64,000 bases of DNA. Source: Eukaryota sp. GEM-RC1 (Eukaryota). The stretch is taken from contig JAUFOQ010000016.1 of assembly GCA_040285855.1 (NCBI GenBank), positions 3,162,001-3,226,000 on the forward strand, given 5' to 3'. The position numbers were made by a program, and so were the translations under genes. The notes below the pieces were generated by a model. It had not been told where the DNA came from and ran no database searches. It saw nothing but the letters and a program-made list of their open reading frames with translations. Shown in pieces: positions 12,384-22,197 of the stretch (positions are counted from its first letter, which is position 1; each line of letters opens with the position of its first letter).

Positions 12384-13295
12384 TTACAAAAAGTAGCGTA
12401 TACTCATGTTATCTGATTTTCTTGTTTTCGGGACCTCAGCCTCTTTAAATGTCTTGAAATCGTGGTGGTTAGCTTCTATTCTCATTACTGCTGCACTGTT
12501 ACCGCATCTACCTACGTAGTTGGGCGCTGACCATACTGTTACTGCTTTCTTTTCAAACATATATTCATATCCCGAAGCAACTAATTGGTGAGCACGAACT
12601 AACATTGACAAATTGTTGAGATGAAGGAACTCAAGTGTCGGACCTTCTCCAAACTCATAACCAGCGCCACGTGGCGAGGATTGCCACGTCACTGACGGTG
12701 CTGAAACTGGATCCGACCAAACGACGTCACTAGAGGGTCCTGCAGTGGGAATTTCGCAACAACGAGCCAACATCCGTAGCTGGTCAACTGTTCTAATGTC
12801 TGGAGAAAGACCACCATGCACACAAAGATAGCTATTATCAATAACAGCGGCCAAGGCAAGGGCATCAAAGACTTCCATGAAGAGATTCCAGGGTAACGAG
12901 CATCCAAAGCGTCTGAAGCAGTCATCATAGAAGCCATAAGCAGAGGAAATAGCTCGTGTTTCGTGATTTCCCCTTAATAGATAGATACGATCTGGATACT
13001 TGGCCTTATACAATAGAAGTAAAGTGATGGTTTCTAGCGAGTAAAACCCCCTGTCAACAAAGTCTCCTAGGAAAAGGTAGCATGTGTCAGAAACAGGACC
13101 GCCTTCTTCGAATAACTTCAAAAGGTCAAAGAATTGGCCATGTATATCACCACAAACAGTAATAGGTGATGAAAGTTCAAGAACTGTTGGCTCTTCATGC
13201 AATAATTCAACAATGTAGTAACAGAGAGCTTTTGTATTGTCGTAGGAAAGACTTTTACACTGACGAACTTCGTCAATAAGATTGTCAATATTCAT
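12384..13295 (-). CDS. PP2A-family Ser/Thr phosphatase catalytic subunit, most like PP6/Sit4
   Basis: GDIHG, GDFVDRG, RGNHE, HGGLSP, RAHQ, SAPNY motifs and C-terminal YFL. Start inferred at MNIDNL. Confidence 0.92.
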   Translation of the reverse strand: MNIDNLIDEVRQCKSLSYDNTKALCYYIVELLHEEPTVLELSSPITVCGDIHGQFFDLLKLFEEGGPVSDTCYLFLGDFVDRGFYSLETITLLLLYKAKYPDRIYLLRGNHETRAISSAYGFYDDCFRRFGCSLPWNLFMEVFDALALAAVIDNSYLCVHGGLSPDIRTVDQLRMLARCCEIPTAGPSSDVVWSDPVSAPSVTWQSSPRGAGYEFGEGPTLEFLHLNNLSMLVRAHQLVASGYEYMFEKKAVTVWSAPNYVGRCGNSAAVMRIEANHHDFKTFKEAEVPKTRKSDNMSIRYFL

Positions 13296-13335
13296 GTTAG
13301 CAATATGGATTGAGAGGTGAAAAACTAAAAATCTC

Positions 13336-13351
13336 CTACTACTAGTAGTAG
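13336..13351. promoter_or_regulatory. 16-bp perfect palindrome in a 77-bp divergent intergenic region
   Basis: ctactactagtagtag is its own reverse complement and lies between the PP6-like ATG (13295) and the DRAP1 ATG (13373). Confidence 0.4.
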
Positions 13352-13372
13352 TCTCCTCAAACTTAAACCAAA

Positions 13373-13701
13373 ATGCCACAAAATCTCTCATCAGCCTTTC
13401 CGACGAGCAAAATAAAGAAGTTGATCCAATCCAATGAAGAAGTCGGAAAGCTAACAGCTTCTGTCCCCTTCATTGTTTGTAAGTACTACATTTGCTTCTT
13501 TTACATCAGCGAGAGCTCTTGAACTTTTCATTCATGATGTCATCACTTCATCTGCCCAGATAACATCAGAAGATGGGGCAAGGATTATGAAAAAAGACCA
13601 CCTGTTTGTCTTAAGCCTTTTGTAATCATAGAAAAACTGCGATTGACTTAGATCTATCCAAGTTTGGGTTTCTTAAGAATCATTTTGAACAAGAACAATA
13701 G
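13373..13701 (+). CDS. DRAP1: NC2 alpha / Dr1-associated corepressor (histone fold), 3 exons
   Basis: Splicing introns 13479-13509 (31 nt, gtaagt..cag) and 13604-13631 (28 nt, gtttgt..tag) gives MPQNLSSAFPTSKIKKLIQSNEEVGKLTASVPFIVSRALELFIHDVITSSAQITSEDGARIMKKDHLKTAIDLDLSKFGFLKNHFEQEQ*. Confidence 0.88.
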
Positions 13702-13936
13702 TTTACTGTATATGAATCGACGCATCTTTCTCTTCAAAACTTCTTCGTTGTTGTTTTCCTTTCGAAATGTAAATGATGGTTGTTAATAGTGACGTTTGTG
13801 CATGTGATTTCACATTATTATTTGGTTACTGGATTTATTCTTCGTAACAATTTGACCAGAGTAGATGTGTCATGTTTGGATCATTCCAAATCTAGGAAAC
13901 TTCTAAGCAATACCAGAAACTAAAAAGATCAAATGT

Positions 13937-14926
13937 CTACTGTACGTGAGGTTTCCCTCGACGAGATCCCTTTTCACTCAAGAAACGAAGATATCGCGTG
14001 CCTGTACTAGTACCAATATCTAATGGAGGTGTGTTAGTCAAATAAGATAGCTCTGTCTGACAAAAACGCTGATTCTCTGATGGAATCTCCCCAACTGCCA
14101 CAGGTTCAGAATAAAGTACTTGACAGACATTGGTTTGAGAGCATAAGTGAAACATCTTTTTGTAGACGCTGCAACTAAACATTGGCCAAGTAACAGGATA
14201 ACGTTGTCGTCTGGACATTGGGTACTTGGGAGCCACGAAACATACTGAGGAGAAACTCGCCAATTCATTGATAGGAATCTTGTATTCTGGAAACAATATC
14301 CCTGCACCATTTGACGGGCTTCCTTCAATGAACAGAACCACGGGACAACGATGACGTTTAGCTCTTATGGCAGCAAGTGGCAGATCACAAGGGGAAGGGT
14401 GAGGCAGCAAGGGGATCATCCATCGTAGAAGAAGGCTTGACAAGGTGTAGAGTCTAATCTTGTTAGAGGAAGAGGATACTGGAATCGCAAACAATGGGGA
14501 ATGTCGAAAGGAAAGAACAATAGGATCAAATAACGAAGAAAAAGTAGAGACAATAAGATTAGTGTGGTTCAATGAGGGGGGAGTCAGATCGATTTGAGGA
14601 AAGGGTTGGTCCCGATTGGAAAGAAACTTAACATCAAAGAACCCGGCTACATATAAAATAACTCTCAAACCAAGCAAATGGAAGTACCTGAGCGTAAGGC
14701 GTCGTAAGAAGGGTACTAAACGAAACAGAGAAGCAACAAGGTTTGCAGCGCTTAGCCAAGAGAACAGAACAAACAGCGCAAAGAAGCGAGAGAAAGCGAA
14801 ACCAAACCTGAGTGGCAATTTGACTAGTTTAAGTAGCAGGTGTTCTCTGCCACATCCTGGAGCCGCTATGTCAACAAAAGGGTTCACACCAGTGGATTTA
14901 TCAGAAAACTCAGTGAACTTTTCCAT
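13937..14926 (-). CDS. Lysophosphatidic acid acyltransferase, LOA1/VPS66-like
   Basis: N-terminal MEKF..D..TGVNPF signature, hydrophobic segment, SSLFDP and VLFIEGSPSNGAGIL acyltransferase motifs. Confidence 0.8.
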   Translation of the reverse strand: MEKFTEFSDKSTGVNPFVDIAAPGCGREHLLLKLVKLPLRFGFAFSRFFALFVLFSWLSAANLVASLFRLVPFLRRLTLRYFHLLGLRVILYVAGFFDVKFLSNRDQPFPQIDLTPPSLNHTNLIVSTFSSLFDPIVLSFRHSPLFAIPVSSSSNKIRLYTLSSLLLRWMIPLLPHPSPCDLPLAAIRAKRHRCPVVLFIEGSPSNGAGILFPEYKIPINELASFSSVCFVAPKYPMSRRQRYPVTWPMFSCSVYKKMFHLCSQTNVCQVLYSEPVAVGEIPSENQRFCQTELSYLTNTPPLDIGTSTGTRYLRFLSEKGSRRGKPHVQ

Positions 14927-15175
14927 AAAAGAGGAATTTTTCTCAACAAATGCCCACTGATCGTCTCCTATATCAATCCGTTCAACTCGTCGGGTTTCTT
15001 GTGATAGTCCTCATCATGTCCAAAATGTTCAAATCGTCAAGCAAATAGAATATCGAGAGGCCTTTCCTGACAACAACTTTTCCAGTGTCTAACATGTTCA
15101 TTTCACCTTCCATTCTTACTTCCATTTCCTGTGATCAAATACATTGATTGTTTATGTTCAAATTTATTGGTATTT

Positions 15176-15628
15176 CTAAACAAACAGTTGAGTTCGGTCC
15201 GTTCCGACTGAACTGAATCGTAACACACAAATATAACCTCCCCCAACAATAAAGAAAACAGACAATAGGAATAATGTGGAAATAAAAGGGATCCAAGTCA
15301 TCACAACAACAAGTAGCACATGAGCGAAGGTGGAGATGTATGCTCTTAGTTTGAAAGAAGCCTTTTGAGTTTTGTGATGCAATTGATACATTGAAAACCA
15401 ACTGGCATAAGGACAAGCTATAAAGGTGGTGAGCAAAAGTCTTTCAGATACTCTACCATCATTATTCTGGGCTGCTTGTTTATCCTTGCGAAACAATGTG
15501 TAAGTTATAACTGTGCAGAAAAGAAGTGACCCGGTGAAAAGAATTAGGCTGAACATCAGGACCAATGACTGGTTTGGAAAAGTTGAACTCTTTTCTTTGT
15601 TATCAACGTTCCTGATGATTCCTCTCAA
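15176..15628 (-). CDS. Hypothetical multi-pass membrane protein; boundaries uncertain
   Basis: 150-aa ORF with about four hydrophobic segments; no family recognised. Confidence 0.4.
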   Translation of the reverse strand: MRGIIRNVDNKEKSSTFPNQSLVLMFSLILFTGSLLFCTVITYTLFRKDKQAAQNNDGRVSERLLLTTFIACPYASWFSMYQLHHKTQKASFKLRAYISTFAHVLLVVVMTWIPFISTLFLLSVFFIVGGGYICVLRFSSVGTDRTQLFV

Positions 15629-15929
15629 TAAGCAGTATCATTCAACAATGACCTCATTTATTTAATAAATATTACCACTACATAGTTGATGAGTGATCAA
15701 AAAAGTTTGTTTTTGCAGTCAAAAGTCGAACTCTTTGTATAATTGTACAACAATTGAACCCTTATTGAGGAGTTTTTGCTTGAATTGAATTGTCTTTACA
15801 TTCTTGATGACAAGTCATGTCATGACCTCGAAAGTTCTTTTTAGCTCATAGAACACTCTGTGAAGAAAGTATTTCAGTGGTAATGAATTCTGTTTTTATT
15901 TATGTTGAGTTTTTTTAAATTGAATTAAG

Positions 15930-17020
15930 GGAGAGTTCTGCTGTGGCATTAATTAATCATATTCCACAAGTATATGGTTTGTTATTAAATGATCATCAAT
16001 GGACCACAACACTGAGACTTCGTGGTTATTTATGGCCATATAATTGGCCAAATGATCTTCAATGTAGCTGTGGAAAAGAATTAACGTTTTCTCATTTGTT
16101 AAGTTGTAATCGATACATAACGTATCGAACGTGTATGTATGATGCTGTATGAGACCAAATACATGCTACATGTATGTGTAAGTCGTACAAAATTGAGTCA
16201 TTTGTTGAACCACTTCTAAGATCTTTAGAACCAAATAATAATTGTAATGTCGAAAAACAGAACCAATGCTTTGGTAAACGGAGAGCAGATGTTGTCCCTT
16301 CTTCGTCAGACAAATTGTTTGTTGTTGATGTAGTATCAGTGGATATTTGTAAAAAGACATCTTTAAAGAATGCTTACTCTGAAACTTCCCCTTTAGACAT
16401 ATCTGAACAACCCAAACAGGATAAGTACAAGAAACCATTGATGGCTTTAAAACATGTAAAACATGTTGAATTATGTCCTTTGTTGTTTCCAATTTATGGA
16501 CCTTTAGGAAAAAGTGCATTGAATTTTTTAAACGATTTCGGAAAAATCGTAAAAACTCAAAAAAAGGGGATCTTCATTCCCGTTGGCATAAATCGAGTCA
16601 GTCATTAATGGATGTTCCCACAGTAGATGTTTGTAACAAATCGAATGCCAGTAGGATATTAGATTTTTCTTTTAATCCATTAACAGCAGCTGAAAAGCTC
16701 AAACACTCCAAGTATGACTATCAAGTAAAGAATTAAATCGAAACTCATATTCCAAATTTGTGTTTCGCCTTTGTGATGTTTCTCTTTTTGGATCAATTAG
16801 TCCTGCTGGTGATCAATTTTTTAAGGATTTCGAAGAATTGTGTAAAAAAAGAAGCGTAAGTTTAGAACGGCTGAATGGAAAAACCGTATTGTGTTTTTCG
16901 TAAATCGGAATATGCCTTTCTATTTCTCACGGTTAGTTGAGAAATTGTACAAGTTTGGTGTGAAGGTTAGTGTTGAAAAACGTAATCTTTTATCGGATGT
17001 GGATGATGTCGCTTTGATTT
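15930..17020 (+). mobile_element. Two fused RLE retrotransposon 3' fragments (degenerate)
   Basis: LRLRG..CSCG..HLLSC knuckle, FGKRRADV..VDVVSVDICK..CPLLFPIYGPLGK. A second endonuclease segment begins at ~16608 (MDVPTVDVC..AEKLKHSKY). Confidence 0.8.
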
Positions 17021-17333
17021 AGTCATAGTGTTATTTGTTCGTTTTTACAAATTCGCATTTTTGACATATGCCCAAATAAATTAAATCAATTTTCCGACAG
17101 TTATGTAACCGCCTAGGCTGTTGATCACATACTGTCATTGCGGTGTTGTTCAGATTTGAAAGAAAAAACAAAGGATGTCGTAAAAATCAGATATTTAAAA
17201 TCCTTTCAGTAAAATTTATTCAAACACAATTTATTCAAACACAATTTGGTTTGAATATTCAAGCCAAAAAAGTGAACAAGAAAAAATCAGATTGAAACAA
17301 TTTTGAACCGACCTCTAATACTGATAAAAACAC

Positions 17334-19365
17334 TCATTTTTTGCCCTTACCTTTAGATTTTCCTTTTGACTTCTGCTTCCCAGGTCTTTTGCTAGTATGT
17401 TGAACAACTTTCCCAGTAGTAACTGTCGCCTGGGGGATAAATGATTCACCTTCCAACGCTTTCCCTCCCTGGTGACCAAATCCCATGGCCTGGTCCTTCT
17501 TTTGTTTGCCTCTTCTACCTCTTTTATTGACACGGTCTTTTAGAGGAAGCCACCGGTCAGGATCAGGTTTACCTACTAGTTCTGAAGGAACGTGTGCAGG
17601 AATTTTGGCCTTTTTCTTGGCTTTGCGGTGAATTCTTGATTCTTCCTTCTGCTTCTTAATAACAACTGTCTCTGTTTGAAATACGAGAGGTGCAGGGAGT
17701 TGTGATGATGGTAGATGTATGGCAATAGCAGGATCAACTGTAGCGGCAGGAACGGATGATTGAATAGCTGACATATCATTATCCATCTGATTTTGATTGG
17801 TTTTTGACTGGGAAAGTGCATTTGATTTCAAACGTAACGATTGCAGATGTTTGACATCAACAATGTCCCCATTCTGGAGATTACATAACAACTCATTGGC
17901 TTTGACTGCACGAGCTTGACTATCGGAAACCTTCCCTTCTTGGAGAAGTCGATGAGACTGATTAATTAGAAATTGAGCTTTAGAAAACTTAACAAAGTCG
18001 TTTTCCTGGTCAAAAATAACTGTGAATTTGTCCTCTGTTCCAAGATAATCACAAAGTTCAATGAACGCTATTAGACATCGTAAATAATCCTTACCATTTT
18101 GAGAAGACTTACCAGTTTTGACGTCATCAAAGTCGTTAGAAGTCAAGAGAACATTTGATAGTTCATCAGCTGCTTTTTGAAGCTCTTTCCTACGACAAAG
18201 ATATGAAATAAAACAAAAGAATATTTCAAAATTACCAATAGATGCTTTTTTCAAATACTCTTCGCAATCTCTAAAACTTTTTTCCAATTCCAATACAAAA
18301 GCCATCAGAATAACGAAACGATCGTATATTCTGTTTAACTGACATGAAACACGGTTTTCATTTTTAATTTGATCAAGAGCACCATGAATTAGTTTTTGCT
18401 ATCCTTATACTTTTCAATTTCAATAACAAAATCACGTGATTGGACAAAAGCAAAAGACTCTGCTCAATCGTGAGCCCCTCCGCTTGGAATTTCTTTGAAA
18501 AACGTGTCAGGCGATAGACTTGTGATTCATTCCCTTTTGTGAGAATTCTATTACCAGTATTTAAAGCCGACAAAACCCCCCCATATGACGACTTTTGGAC
18601 TGATTCCTGGAGTTCAGACACAGAATCTAGAACTAAAGAAGCATCTTCATTGTTTCCCGCAACTATATGAGCGACTGCTAGCTGAATTTGGATTTGGTTT
18701 ACCAAAGTTGATGAAATTCCAGCTGCTTTAGCTTTTGAAGAGATGTTGTTAGAAGAGAAACAGCAGAGACAGGTCTATTATGTAGGCACTCATAAATACC
18801 AATGTTAAGCAGAAAATCCCAGGATAAAGACATCGGATCTAGGGTGGGAAGAGGATCGGCAATGTCAATATCACTTCCATTAGAAACACCACAAGCATAG
18901 ATATTTGTCAGCAGATCGACATCAGATGTATCAAGAACAGACTTCAGAGAGGAAAGAGCATTAGAAAAGTTACGAAGACGGTAATACTGGAATAAGCTGT
19001 TGTTTGTTTAAACACACGATTTGAGCATGTAAAAAGGCAGAACATTCAATCAAATTAGGAGAAGACAGACACAACTGTGATACAGTAGAAAAGTACTCCA
19101 ATGCTTTCTGACATTGCTCGGTTCTGTACAAACAATAGACGAACTCCAGAGGCAAAGTTTCATGCAAGGAGGAGTGCTGATCAAATCGTTTGAGAGCTGT
19201 GTTGAAATCGCCATTTAAGACGTGTACAACAGTTTCGATTGAAAGTGCATCGATATCATTGGGGGAAACAGTGAGAATTTGTGAGCATTGGTTAAGGATA
19301 CGATCAAAATCATCATCCTCTATAGCAGCATTAAGCTGCTTGAAGTGAGATAGAAGAGGTATCAT
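17334..19365 (-). CDS. SRP72: Signal recognition particle subunit SRP72
   Basis: N-terminal LEFVYCLYR, LHAQI|YYRL across a 31-nt intron (18987-19017), IQIQLA, and C-terminal KPDPDRWLPLKDR..GHQG. Two single-A homopolymer frameshifts (~18735, ~18395). Confidence 0.88.
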
Positions 19366-19412
19366 TTATAAGCAGAAGAACCTACAGACTGTACCAGTGA
19401 AAGATCCTTTCA

Positions 19413-21345
19413 ATGATTCATCAACGATTCAGACTTCTGACTACAGTTCTTGTCTCTGCTGCTTCTCTCTCAGGAGTAGCTTATCTTGTGCACAGGAGAT
19501 GCGGCCGTCGTGTTCTTAATAGTAAAGAGCAGCTTATTGTACAACAGATTCTCTCAGACTTCTCATTGGATAATGTTGCCCACTATCTCAAATCATCATC
19601 AACGTCGCGCCGTCTAATATCAATCCATGTTCTTAACAACTTGTCTCCAAATTCTCAAGATATAGTCACCCTTGTAGACTCACATGTCGTCTCTGACTTA
19701 CTCTCTGCCTTTCCTCCCTCGCCACAGTGTTCAACTTTTTCCTTTTATCCAGAATCTTGTATCTTCTTCTTTGGACATGCCACCTCATGCAATCACAATG
19801 ATTTTCAAGGTTTGTCTTGACATCTTAATGAATGATCCCAATCTGATTGATCTCTATAGTCTCATCTATGATCTCAGTCGAAAACAATCAGGTGCTGTGA
19901 CTCATTTAGCTCAATCAACAGATATACTCTGCCCAATGAATTTAATTTGTCAGCAATCAAGTGACGTCGTATGTCAATCAACAATTCTTTTAATTTTTGC
20001 CGTTGTTTCTGAATTAAATTCTTCTGCTCCAGCTTTAGTTCGATCTGGAGTTTTAAAAACAATTCAAATGTTCTTGAAAAAAGAAGACAATACTGATATT
20101 CTTGTTCCATGTAGCTTTCTCCTGGCAAATATATCACGCAATATTTCTGTTCATGATCATTTCACAATCGAATTTTTGGAATTATTCACAGTGAAATTCA
20201 AAAATCTTTATTTTGATCATCAAGTAGGGATTTGTACTGAGCTAATTAGATCACTTGCTAGTCTCAGTGCTTCATCTTTTGTTGCTGATTTTCTGGTCGA
20301 ATCTGGATTTATTTTGGACATTTTGAAAACTTTGAAAATTGAAATGATCAAAGAAGTTCATGATTTTAGATTTCTTTCTTTTCTTATTTGGATTGTCGCG
20401 AACACTGCAAGAGATGTTTTAAAAATCTTGTTTTTAATTACCAATGGAATTTTGGTTCAGATTAAAGATTGCAGTGTCTTAAAAGACCCCAAAGTTCGAC
20501 TTCAACTTTCCCGAGTACTGGACAACGTTACTAGAATTGATCTCGATCAATCTACAGAGCGATCATCAGAATTGATTTTTGAACCACTTGCCACGTGTTT
20601 TTTGAACCTCTGTCGTTCACCAACTGAAAACGTGGCTTTGTTTAGTTTAAATGCATTTTCTAATGCTTGTTCACTCCAATTTTTCCAAAAATTGGACAAT
20701 CTTCATGAATTTAAGTCAATGCTATCTTTTGTCAGTCTTTCCTATTCAAACAATCAAAAGATTTTAGAACAAGTTAAATTTATATCTGAAAAACTTCATA
20801 TTGATTTACAATCTGACGTTAATGCAATCATACCGTATATCAATCAAGTTCCTCGTGATTTTGATTGGAAGTCAACTGATACATCATTCTTTCCTATTTG
20901 GTATCTGATTCCTAATGATTGGCACTCGAAAGTCCAAAGTACTCCATCGTCCATTTCTATTGTTCTTTCTTCTGCTCCAATTTCTCATGACGTTTCTGGT
21001 AACGACACCATTTCAGTTAATATCTTTTTAAATACCAATCTTTTTGAATGCTCAGCATCTGATTTAGGAAAGAAGTTTATTACAACTGCTTTTAGTGATG
21101 ATCAGTCGCAAACTGTAGATGATGTGACCGTAGATGACGTGGAAGTTTCCTTTTTCCGGTCGTTAGTTTCATCTACTTTAATTAAGGAACATGAAGATAT
21201 GATGTTAAAAGACAGTTTTTATGCCGATGATCGACAAAATTTGTTGTTTTTGTTCTCAATTCGGGCTCTTAAGACGTCGTTCAGTACTGTAAACAATATT
21301 GAAGGGATTTTGATAGAAAACTTTGTATGTAGCAGTTTTCAATAA
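19413..21345 (+). CDS. Armadillo-like repeat protein with N-terminal hydrophobic anchor
   Basis: Overlapping ORFs 19413..19820 and 19684..21345 need an unresolved +1 shift near 19700. ARM-like LVRSGVL, LVESGFI, LITNGIL motifs. Confidence 0.6.
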
Positions 21346-21469
21346 ACAATTAGGAGGCTCCTCAAAATCTCTTTTACCTACATCAATGAAAGTTCAAATT
21401 TTCTCTCCGTAAAAGTCCTTTTCAGACTTCTTCTCAGCTCTGAGGGATATCCTTGAATCCAATAGAAAA

Positions 21470-21960
21470 AATTGAATACTGCCAGGTGTTTTCTGTATTC
21501 TTTTGAAAAAGAATGCTGAAAACACCAGACCAGTAAAAAAATTTTGATTGAATAGAATTTCCCCAACCCCGCAATCTATCTATGTTTCAAGACAGTGAAC
21601 AGAAATCATTATGTACTGTACTAGTAATCCAGACCTTGATGTTTTCAGTATTCAAGTGTTTTCTTGAATACAATATCAAATGAAGAAAAGTGATTAATAA
21701 TGAAATTTATTCAAAGATTAAAAAGAACACTTACAACACTTTAAAGTTACACTTCATTTCTATGTGTGTTGTCAGAATTCTCATTTCCGACGTAGGGTTA
21801 GGTAGTCATAATAGGAAGGAGTTAGAATTATGATTTAATTTTTTGAATCGAATTTCCCTTGAATACTGAAAACTCCAAGATATCTATATAATAATAAAAG
21901 CTAATCTAAAAAAATTGAATACTGAAAACAACATCATTCATTTGTCCAATCTGTACTGTC
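21470..21960. repeat. Degenerate element with repeated/inverted ttgaatactgaaaac motifs
   Basis: gttttcagtattcaa at ~21641 is inverted relative to ttgaatactgaaaac at ~21859 and ~21915; weaker copies at ~21472 and ~21511. Confidence 0.4.
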
Positions 21961-22084
21961 ATTTCTCTTCGAACAAAAGGGAATGATTTTGCAAGTCCAA
22001 AAACCGTTTTTTAAAAATAGGATATACTATTAATTAAGAAATTTTTTCAATACAGTGAAATATTGCATTTGCAAAAAATATTAA

Positions 22085-22197
22085 CTAACTAACAGACACA
22101 GTATCTAAACTATGATCCTTCTGTCCTTCACCAAACAACTTACCTAAAATTGAATTAATATATCTGTGCATTGAACGAAACAGTTCAAACGTTAACC
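22085..22197 (-). mobile_element. Very short 3' fragment of the retrotransposon family at 7051-7578
   Basis: Reverse complement closely matches 7410-7525 (ttcaatgcacagatat..ggacagaaggatcatagtttagatac). Confidence 0.7.

Noticed and set aside
14616..14960. Lys/Arg-rich antisense ORF (and similar shadow ORFs such as 277-747 and 915-1304)
   Set aside because: Antisense shadows of well-supported genes with no independent motifs.
18190..18235. Extra SRP72 intron gtaatt...cgtag
   Set aside because: Intron-like, but removing its 46 nt breaks the frame while retention stays open; unresolved without RNA data.
3405..18740. Programmed frameshifting or pseudogenisation in the ARM-TPR gene and SRP72
   Set aside because: All four shifts are fixed by adding one base to an A or T homopolymer, typical of long-read consensus errors; homopolymer lengths also fluctuate among array units.
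21790..21805. Telomere-like tagggttagg
   Set aside because: Fewer than two repeats; expected by chance.
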